Positions 56,877 through 64,000 of a DNA stretch of 64,000 nucleotides are shown here, piece after piece. Both the position numbers and the translations under genes were made by a program. The stretch lies in IMG/VR virus record IMGVR_UViG_3300008108_000033, positions 16,754 to 80,753 of that record; one strand, 5' to 3'. This stretch comes from a virus. The notes beneath the pieces were generated by a model that made no database searches, was not told where the DNA came from, and saw only the letters and a list, made by a program, of their open reading frames with translations. The stretch's first letter is position 1, and each line of letters starts with the position of its first letter.

Positions 56877-57338
56877 ATGGCGACATTGAATGATTTGTTA
56901 GTTGATTTGAAGAGTTCTAATTCTGATTGTGTGGTAGGCATTTACACTCCTAGTGGATCGAGTGTGCCGTCGCATTTTCATATAACTGAGATTGGCAGGA
57001 CTACGAAGAAGTTTGTTGATTGTGGAGGGGTTGAGCGGGAGTCTAGTGATACAACGTTTCAGGTTTGGGTTGCTGATGACACTGAACACAGGCTGACGGT
57101 GGGTAAGCTTTTGCAGATTATTGGTGCTGGTATTAATTTGGTTAACGCGGATGACCAATTGGTATTTGAGTATGACGGTGGTCATACAATAGGATTGTAT
57201 GGAGTTGCATTAATTCAGCGTTTAGAAAGTGTATTGAATATATTTTTAGTACAGAAGCGTGCAAACTGTTTGGCCCCTGACAAGTGTGGTATTAAGCCAA
57301 AAGCTGTGACATGTTGTGGCAGTAAGGGATGTTGTTAA
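56877..57338 (+). CDS. DUF6428-like protein with Cys-rich tail
   Basis: HFHITEIG...FVDCGG...QVWVA.D..HRL...KL motif; C-terminal CCGSKGCC; GGAGG RBS. Confidence 0.75.
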   Translation: MATLNDLLVDLKSSNSDCVVGIYTPSGSSVPSHFHITEIGRTTKKFVDCGGVERESSDTTFQVWVADDTEHRLTVGKLLQIIGAGINLVNADDQLVFEYDGGHTIGLYGVALIQRLESVLNIFLVQKRANCLAPDKCGIKPKAVTCCGSKGCC

Positions 57339-57350
57339 CTATATTAAGAT

Positions 57351-57447
57351 GGCTGGTAGGTATATGGTGGTCGTTTTAGCTCTTTCCTGACTCGGATGCC
57401 TTTTAGCCAAGTGGTGAAGATTAAGAGCGTCAGCCCTTGGCACAGCC
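57351..57447. ncRNA. Candidate structured RNA (unassigned)
   Basis: Several complementary segments in a 97-nt intergenic stretch; see findings. Confidence 0.35.
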
Positions 57448-58274
57448 TATTCAATTTCGTGAAGAAGTTTATTGGTATTTTCTATACCGCGCATGAACAT
57501 GAAGAAGTAGAAAATGTTATAAGTGACGCCGTACAGTTTATCTACGTACAGAAGGGTTGATGTAATAGCTCCGACAGTTGGGTTGGTGTAAACCAATAGG
57601 AGCATAATTGCAACGTGCATTGTGATTGATAGTGAGTCGTTGAAGAAGAAATTAGCAGCGTCGAGGTTAGATTTTTTTACGTAGTTTGAGCTTAGATTAA
57701 TTAGGTGTGGTTTATATTCTAGATTTTCCATTAGTGAGTGGTTAATGCTTTCTTTATCATTTTGAATATTGAGGTCAACTTTTTGTGTTTTGAAGCTATA
57801 GAATTTGTTTACAAAAATCATAAGAATGAATAAAATTGTGGCGATGATACCGATTTTGTGGTCGGTGATATAAAGCATGGTTAGTGCGGTGCCTGCGCCA
57901 ATGAAAGAGTTTATAATTTGTGGCAGGCTGTATTCAAAAAAGTCTGAGTAATATCCTACGAGTTGGTATCGTGCTGCTATTTTAGCAGGGATTATATTTT
58001 TATCTCTGAGAATTTGTACAGCTTTTATCGCTTTATCGCAGAATATTTTCATGAATACGATGGTATCGATTCTTTTAAGGCCGTATCCTAGAAGTAGAGC
58101 GGCGATTTCTGCGATTAGAAGTAATATTAGACCGAAGTTATCTTTTATTAGTAAACCATCTATAGCTTTACCTAAAAGGTAAGGCATGATTGAAAATAGG
58201 CCGTACTGTATGATAAGTAGGGAGTAGATGAGGGAAATCTGTAGTTTATTTTCCTTCAGTATTTCCTTGATCAT
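57447..58274 (-). CDS. ABC transporter six-transmembrane domain protein (no ATPase partner in window)
   Basis: PYLLGKAIDGLL...RIDT..F...DFFE.SLP pattern with ~6 transmembrane helices. Confidence 0.7.
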   Translation of the reverse strand: MIKEILKENKLQISLIYSLLIIQYGLFSIMPYLLGKAIDGLLIKDNFGLILLLIAEIAALLLGYGLKRIDTIVFMKIFCDKAIKAVQILRDKNIIPAKIAARYQLVGYYSDFFEYSLPQIINSFIGAGTALTMLYITDHKIGIIATILFILMIFVNKFYSFKTQKVDLNIQNDKESINHSLMENLEYKPHLINLSSNYVKKSNLDAANFFFNDSLSITMHVAIMLLLVYTNPTVGAITSTLLYVDKLYGVTYNIFYFFMFMRGIENTNKLLHEIE

Positions 58275-58425
58275 TTTGTTCGCTCATGAATGGGCAGGAT
58301 GATTCTGTGTAATCCGCGTTATCTTGGAAGCAACTTGGATTTGGAGCATCTGTCATTGTGAAGACGCTTACGATTCCGTATAGGATAATAGCAAACATAG
58401 CTACGAGAACGATGATATGCAACAT
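58246..58425 (-). CDS. Small membrane protein (59 aa)
   Basis: Translated by hand: MLHIIVLVAMFAIILYGIVSVFTM...; TAATG coupling. Below the ORF-track cutoff. Confidence 0.55.
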   Translation of the reverse strand: MLHIIVLVAMFAIILYGIVSVFTMTDAPNPSCFQDNADYTESSCPFMSEQNDQGNTEGK

Positions 58426-58568
58426 TATTTTTTTTCTCCGTCGATATCTTCATTATAGTCAACTGGAGAGGGGTCGATAGCGGTGAAAACTGCTGCCATT
58501 AAGGTAACTAGTCCGAAAATAAGAATCATGAATAAGCAGAAGTTTAGGATGCCCATAAGAATATCCAT
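58425..58568 (-). CDS. Small membrane protein (47 aa)
   Basis: Translated by hand: MDILMGILNFCLFMILIFGLVTLMAAVF...; abuts both neighbours. Confidence 0.55.
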   Translation of the reverse strand: MDILMGILNFCLFMILIFGLVTLMAAVFTAIDPSPVDYNEDIDGEKK

Positions 58569-58856
58569 TTAGTTCCATCCGCCTTCGAGAGGTTGTCCTT
58601 TGGTGAGCGAGCGAATGACTTCATGGAGTCTTTCGATTTCATCCAAGCATTTAATTATATCTATTTTTGCGTGTGCGATGAATGTAGCGTTGTTTTCTTG
58701 ATTTTGATTTTGGTTGATTGTGGCTAGTGGGTGGTAGTGTTCAATTTCGCCGCAGTAAACGGTCCAGAGGCCATTTTTAAGGTCGGTTACCCAAGGTCCG
58801 TTGGTAGCTTTTTTGCAACGGAGTTCAATTTCTTTGAGTTCTGTTGGTGTTAGCAT
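58569..58856 (-). CDS. Ead/Ea22-like phage protein
   Basis: KKATNGPW...NATFIAHA...LDEIERL motif. Confidence 0.7.
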   Translation of the reverse strand: MLTPTELKEIELRCKKATNGPWVTDLKNGLWTVYCGEIEHYHPLATINQNQNQENNATFIAHAKIDIIKCLDEIERLHEVIRSLTKGQPLEGGWN

Positions 58857-59185
58857 ACATTAAAAGAGTAATTGTTGAATTCTTTTTTTATAATGCCGAT
58901 TACTTCGTGGAGGGCCATATTTTTAACAGTGCCGTCGCCTAGATTTTTATGTTCTTGTGTTGTAACGTGGTCTGCGTAGTTTTTTATGATTTGCAAGCAA
59001 TGTTGAATTGTTTCTTGTTCAATAATATTTTTGTTGCATTTTTTAATTTGGTAATTAATTTCTTCGTGTTCTCTGAGTAAATTTTGTAGTAATTTAATTG
59101 GGAGAACGATTGATGGGCTCATTACGATATTTTCGTGAGTATTGAGTCTTTTTAGTATTTCTTCTGCTGGTTTAATTTCGTCCAT
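58850..59185 (-). CDS. Hypothetical protein
   Basis: 111-aa ORF in a run of coupled small genes. Confidence 0.55.
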   Translation of the reverse strand: MDEIKPAEEILKRLNTHENIVMSPSIVLPIKLLQNLLREHEEINYQIKKCNKNIIEQETIQHCLQIIKNYADHVTTQEHKNLGDGTVKNMALHEVIGIIKKEFNNYSFNVC

Positions 59186-59393
59186 TTTTAGCTTTCTTCA
59201 GAAAATAGTTCATCGTAATCTAGTATTTCCCATGTTTCTATCTTGATCATAATTTCCATAGCATCATCTAGACTTTCTTGCAAAAGTTCTATATGTTGCA
59301 TCATTTCTTTTTCATTCATATTCCTCCTTTTGTTTTGTTCTGGATTTAATAGAGTTTTTCGGATTATTTTGCTTAATTAAAAATACTACAGAT

Positions 59394-60416
59394 TTAAGTA
59401 AGCAATTGTCTTAGCTTGTTTTGCTCCTCCTGTAGGACCGCAATTGCTGCTTCGTAGACGGCGCGGTGTCCTTTGGTGCCGTGAATCGACAACTTGGTCA
59501 ACGCGGCCTTTTGACCAGCAATCTTTTGTGTAAGACGCTTGATCTGTATCATGATTTCCTGCTTGGAAGGTATAGGAGGAGAGGCCGGTTCTGGTTCCAA
59601 AGATTTTGCAATTGCTTTGGCTGCATCTCGTTTAGCCAGCATGGTTTCTATTTCATCTAAAGGTACATCCGCGAGAGACCAGCACATCTTAGGAGCCGGA
59701 TCTTTATGCAAACTTATATGTAAAAAAACCATCGACATACCGCTGCTGCAATCGGCTTTTACATCTTTGTAGGCATGAATTACTTCATATTCATGCCTTC
59801 TGCCAGTTTCATAAAACAAACCTGTAAACATCCATAATGTAAATGGTGTCGGATTTGCTAAATCGCGCCCTATTTCATCCGGGGTTAGATCGAGTTTGTG
59901 ATGGCGAAAATTTCTACGCAATTTTCTGTTTTCATTCCAAATATAATTTCTCCATGCTCGCATGAAGTTGTTGCCGCGATATGGTCTTTGAATAGTAATC
60001 AGGGTGGCTGCTTTGGTCGAACAATGTGGCAAGTACATAGTTAGGAACCAATCAAACAGAGGTCGCGTAAGGTTGCCAACCAAATCAATGAACGAAAAAT
60101 TAACTTTTTGTTCAAGAACCAAATGGTGTAGTTCTCCTTCAAAAAATTGGCATTGGTCAAACAGTGTCGGGCATAGTTCTTTGACTTGTTTTTGAATTTC
60201 TGCCATAACATTGGGCAAACGTTCCACTAAAATAAATTTCATACCCGGACGAATCAAACGTTTTTTATGAAGCATCCTTAAGCACATTATGTCGCTGCCC
60301 GGCAGCAACAAAGTTATTGCCGGTTTTTTGCGTTTGAATTGTTTAACAAAATACTTGCGTACCCTGTTTTTGTTTGCAGCGCTTACCCAATAGCCTTTGT
60401 CGCTATAATTGGCCAT
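59394..60416 (-). CDS. Class I SAM-dependent methyltransferase-fold protein (divergent)
   Basis: Rossmann strand order TLLLPG...FILVER...FFEGEL...NFSFIDLVG; GGAGG RBS. Confidence 0.45.
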   Translation of the reverse strand: MANYSDKGYWVSAANKNRVRKYFVKQFKRKKPAITLLLPGSDIMCLRMLHKKRLIRPGMKFILVERLPNVMAEIQKQVKELCPTLFDQCQFFEGELHHLVLEQKVNFSFIDLVGNLTRPLFDWFLTMYLPHCSTKAATLITIQRPYRGNNFMRAWRNYIWNENRKLRRNFRHHKLDLTPDEIGRDLANPTPFTLWMFTGLFYETGRRHEYEVIHAYKDVKADCSSGMSMVFLHISLHKDPAPKMCWSLADVPLDEIETMLAKRDAAKAIAKSLEPEPASPPIPSKQEIMIQIKRLTQKIAGQKAALTKLSIHGTKGHRAVYEAAIAVLQEEQNKLRQLLT

Positions 60417-60418
60417 GA

Positions 60419-61153
60419 TTAAACCTCCTCTTCGATATTGTGGTCTTTGTCAGTGTGGGGGTGGGCGCTCTTGAGTGGGTCGCCCTCATGAATACTTTGA
60501 CGTTCAAACCTATCCTGAAAATCTTCCCACTCAGGACTTTCCACTGGCGGGCAAGGATAGTGGACATCATTAACGGGGTTGGCAGCAAAACTATCTGTTA
60601 CTTTGTACATTCCGCGCTTAAGCAACCGGATTCCTGTAATCTTTCGCACCCACCCGTCTGCCACACGCATGTCGATATGAACAACTTTTATGCGGAATAT
60701 GGGAGAGCTTGCGCCTGATCCGCTTGCACCACCGCTGCTGTCACGCTGTCTTGCGCCATCTTTAATCTTGTACCTTTCATGTTCTGCAGCAGCAAACAGT
60801 ATAGATGGCAGTTCTTCTCCGGGTTGCTTGTAGGCATGGCGCGTTACGGATTGATCACTATTTATAAATCCCTGATTTACGCTGTCTAAGTCGCAACAGG
60901 AATTAGGCACCTTGCTATTAATGTGCGCAATTATCTTTCCTATAGTGGTGGCGGGTAAACATAGCCTCCTCCCTTTTCCCCTATTTTCGATTTTTTCGGG
61001 TTTTATCACGCCATAAATTCGCTCAGAAGAGTCTTCCAAATGAATTTCGCCTTCCAATTGGCTGACTAACTCACCAAGTTCATCATCATGAACTAATGGC
61101 ATGTAATCATAGTCTCCATCCTCTTTTTTGGAGTATACCGGCGCACCCACCAA
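60419..61153 (-). CDS. Hypothetical protein; possibly the -1 frameshift continuation of 61093-63426
   Basis: Overlaps the upstream ORF in the -1 frame across two slippery A-runs. Confidence 0.5.
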   Translation of the reverse strand: MVGAPVYSKKEDGDYDYMPLVHDDELGELVSQLEGEIHLEDSSERIYGVIKPEKIENRGKGRRLCLPATTIGKIIAHINSKVPNSCCDLDSVNQGFINSDQSVTRHAYKQPGEELPSILFAAAEHERYKIKDGARQRDSSGGASGSGASSPIFRIKVVHIDMRVADGWVRKITGIRLLKRGMYKVTDSFAANPVNDVHYPCPPVESPEWEDFQDRFERQSIHEGDPLKSAHPHTDKDHNIEEEV

Positions 61154-63426
61154 GTTTTGGACTTGTTGCTTGCTTTTTTTGCGCCTTTGTTGGTAATAAA
61201 CTCTGCCATGTGCCCATCTTCAGCAATAACACGTCGTATCAATCTTACATGATGCCTAGGCAAAATGACAGTTGGCGTGCCTTTGGCATACCCATTGCTA
61301 CGACCGAACAAGCTTTGACTGTGAACGGTGAAATCGCTTGTACTACCGGGCAATTCAATAAAAAATCTAAAATCATGCGGGAACTGATCGCCACATCGAC
61401 CACCAGCGGTCAAAAACACCACCAAATGCTTGTTTTTGGTTTCGGATTTTGCTTCTCGCTTGGTTTCCACAGAGGCCCCTGCTCGCGGCAGTTTGGCAAG
61501 CAGCTCGTTTTCGCAAAATTCTCTGACATCAAGTCCAGTGGATTCACTGTGTTCTTTTTGTTTCTTAATTGTTTGTTTATCAAAATAGCCTCTCAATATG
61601 ACCCTGTCTGCGTTGAGGCCTAAATGTCGTTGAATTGCTGGCATAAGCTCGCGCATAGTGCGTTCATTCTCCCCAGATATACGCATGGCCAACATGCTGC
61701 CATGACCCGGGAAATCTCTGCGATATGATTCCACATCTTGTTCTTGATTAATGCACCAAACAATTACCTTTGCCCAGAATTCGGCATAAAAATCTTTGTA
61801 CTCTTCATGAGTAGTTATGTTTGCCGGCAAGCCCAATTTAGCATGCATATAGTCCAAATTATTAGTGAATGTATCGCCGCCCCCCCTGTGAGCCCTTGCT
61901 GAATAAAATTTGGACGCAATGCAGATGCCTTCATCGCCCAATTCGTAACCCAACCTAATTGCCAAATCTTCCAAAGCCAACAAATCGGGCAATTTGCTTG
62001 CTACAACTTTGTCCCTGCTTACGCCAGTCCTCTTGCAAAATCGCACAATACGACTCTCTGGCACCACATATCTGCCGTCTATTTGTTTAACATAATATCC
62101 TTCACAGCAATGAATGCCGGTGTGGTTTAGGCCTATAACCCCATAAGTTCGCTTGGCAACAGTGCCATTATGAGCGAATGGTGTTGCACTAAAATAAAGA
62201 AAGAAAACATATCCCGAAGCGCAAAGTTCGCGAAATTCTTTATCTTGTTCAAATTTCTCTATTTCTTTTTTGTCTTCCTCCGCGATTTGTTCATCCTTTT
62301 CGCGATCATCGATTTCGTCGCTATAAGCATCAATAATGGACACGCCCTGCAATTCTTCAGCAAAGCGCCGCCAAACGGAAAAGGAACCTGTTGCATCTTG
62401 ACTTTCATCCATGATTATATGGATGCAATGCTGGTTGGTAACCGCAAATTTAAGAAGTTCTTTGATTTCATCGAGCCGCTTGCTTTTTCCACGACGCATT
62501 ACAAAACACTGTGATGTCTCCTCTTTTTCATGCTCGCTAATTAGAGTGTTAAGATATTCACCATAAGTAGTTGCGTAATTAGGAACAGTATCTTTACACG
62601 GCTTTCCTGTTTCGGGATTATTGTACCAAATTACTACATTTTTAAACATCATTTGAACGAAATTAAAACTTCTCATAAGTTGAAATTCATGACCTATGTT
62701 ATTTAAAAGCATGATACGGGCATGATGCCATTCTGCGTATTGCTCTTCTACGTCCAAATTTCCATTCTCGTCTTCTACTTCGCAAGACACAAGTCCGCTT
62801 GCCAAGCTTAACATCAATGGAGTGAGCGCCTGACTCAGACACTTCTCCATGGTCTTTGCACTTTGCATGGGGTTAAATGCCTGCTGCCTGTTTACATTAC
62901 GATTTACCACCCAGTTTTCATAAGTAAAATTAAAACGAACAGCCCAGCTGACAACTTCATTCAACTTAATGTCAGACAAATTCAGCTTTGATGGCGCAAT
63001 AACCCATTTCTGATTTTCTAGTAATTCTAAATTCTTGCAAAGTTCTTTGCATTTATCTCTTTCAGTTTTAAGAAGCTTTTGACGGGTTACATTTACTCCA
63101 AGCAATTTGGCATCTGCCTCGGCTGTTTCGCGAGCTTCATCTAGAGCTTTTGCAAGGTCTTTTTTGATTTTTTCAATATGCGTGTCAAAATCAAAACGAT
63201 ATTTTGCTAGATGATTGTCAATTGCGTATGTAGCATCGTCTTTTATCAAGGTATCATAACAAGTCACTGCATTTGCAAAGGCATCACGAACCCTCTCTAG
63301 TTTTTTAGTATACATATGGAGGTAATCGTAATATTCATTACTCGGGCTGATGGACTTTATATCTCTTCTTGGCAAAGATTTTTTTGTCCATTTTGCACCA
63401 GTAAATTTAACGCGATTAATACTCAT
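61093..63426 (-). CDS. SF2 helicase-like (Z1-associated type) protein
   Basis: Motif I MQSAKT, II IMDESQ, III FSATP, V GRCGDQF and VI QSLFGRSNGY. Confidence 0.6.
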   Translation of the reverse strand: MSINRVKFTGAKWTKKSLPRRDIKSISPSNEYYDYLHMYTKKLERVRDAFANAVTCYDTLIKDDATYAIDNHLAKYRFDFDTHIEKIKKDLAKALDEARETAEADAKLLGVNVTRQKLLKTERDKCKELCKNLELLENQKWVIAPSKLNLSDIKLNEVVSWAVRFNFTYENWVVNRNVNRQQAFNPMQSAKTMEKCLSQALTPLMLSLASGLVSCEVEDENGNLDVEEQYAEWHHARIMLLNNIGHEFQLMRSFNFVQMMFKNVVIWYNNPETGKPCKDTVPNYATTYGEYLNTLISEHEKEETSQCFVMRRGKSKRLDEIKELLKFAVTNQHCIHIIMDESQDATGSFSVWRRFAEELQGVSIIDAYSDEIDDREKDEQIAEEDKKEIEKFEQDKEFRELCASGYVFFLYFSATPFAHNGTVAKRTYGVIGLNHTGIHCCEGYYVKQIDGRYVVPESRIVRFCKRTGVSRDKVVASKLPDLLALEDLAIRLGYELGDEGICIASKFYSARAHRGGGDTFTNNLDYMHAKLGLPANITTHEEYKDFYAEFWAKVIVWCINQEQDVESYRRDFPGHGSMLAMRISGENERTMRELMPAIQRHLGLNADRVILRGYFDKQTIKKQKEHSESTGLDVREFCENELLAKLPRAGASVETKREAKSETKNKHLVVFLTAGGRCGDQFPHDFRFFIELPGSTSDFTVHSQSLFGRSNGYAKGTPTVILPRHHVRLIRRVIAEDGHMAEFITNKGAKKASNKSKTWWVRRYTPKKRMETMITCH

Positions 63427-63790
63427 TTCTATACCCCTTGAATTTGAAAAAAATGAATAATACTAAAAGACACGCAAGGTGAAACGAATATGCCTATGAA
63501 ACTATAGGTTGTGTTTTAAAAAAAACAAGCGCAATTAACAATTTTTAATAATGTTTTTTTCTATGGTCATAAACTAGAGATGATTTTCGCGAGTTTTTCT
63601 ACTTTTCCCAAGAGCCTTTTTTATGCAATTACAAAAATAAAGTTTGCACATTTGCGTTAGTTTCTTTTGATATATTCTTTTAGCTTCTTATTTTCTGTTT
63701 TGTAATTATGAATTTGAATTGTGAGCAGCATAACGACGGCTATCCAGATTACGAATAATCCGGTGGCCATTTTTTCGATGTATGTGATGT

Positions 63791-63979
63791 TCACAGTTGG
63801 TTGTCCTTGAGGTGATGGCTTAGGGACATGAGAAAGGAGGCTAGGCATGCGAAGAGGAGGCCTTGCATTTTTCCGTCATCGCTTCTGAGTCCGAAGAAGA
63901 AGAGAAAGCAGAAGACGACGCTGAGGAAACTACAGATAAGGCAGCTTGTGTACAGGGCTTTGCGGACGTTCTCTGGCAT
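63791..63979 (-). CDS. Small two-TM membrane protein
   Basis: GAGGAG RBS and two hydrophobic segments. Confidence 0.55.
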   Translation of the reverse strand: MPENVRKALYTSCLICSFLSVVFCFLFFFGLRSDDGKMQGLLFACLASFLMSLSHHLKDNQL

Positions 63980-64000
63980 TTTTTGTACTCCTCTATTTGT

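Noticed and set aside
59352-63599. 9-bp direct repeat GAGTTTTTC flanking the helicase/MTase cassette as a target-site duplication
   Set aside because: Short and low-complexity in AT-rich spacers, with no transposase or inverted repeats; likely chance.
1-64000. Stop-codon reassignment, diversity-generating retroelement, or contractile injection system (eCIS/T6SS) interpretation
   Set aside because: Core genes are full length in the standard code and all three stop codons are used. No reverse transcriptase or template/variable repeat pair was seen. Portal, terminase and capsid genes show this is a true phage.

Overview
A 64 kb segment of a large (jumbo-type) T4-like myophage genome. It uses the standard bacterial code, has GGAG/GAGG ribosome-binding sites and contains no CRISPR array. 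1-18 kb is the tail/baseplate module: a tape measure gene entering from the left edge, then gp53-, hub-, gp5-, gp25-, gp6- and gp7/gpI-like genes. 18-29 kb holds three paralogous PKD-domain fibre proteins, the last a 1686-aa protein with a P-domain and nested Cys-rich modules. 28-47 kb is a mixed region: glycosyltransferase-like genes, a volactin-like actin operon, primase, a PD-(D/E)XK nuclease, a poly-acidic protein, a thermolysin-like protease, a ferritin-like protein and the large terminase. 47-55 kb is the head module: intein-containing portal, core, protease, scaffold and major capsid protein. 55-64 kb has a TnsA-like endonuclease, tRNA-Gly, small accessory genes and a helicase-like/methyltransferase-like cassette. 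The best candidates for new biology are: a phage actin resembling haloarchaeal volactin with two putative partners; T4-style capsid-targeting tags on putative injected proteins including Zn-proteases; a recoded capsid-gene 3' end beside a free-standing endonuclease; a strand-skew inversion near 55-56 kb; and a candidate structured RNA at 57.35 kb. All family calls come from motif recognition by eye and no database search was run.
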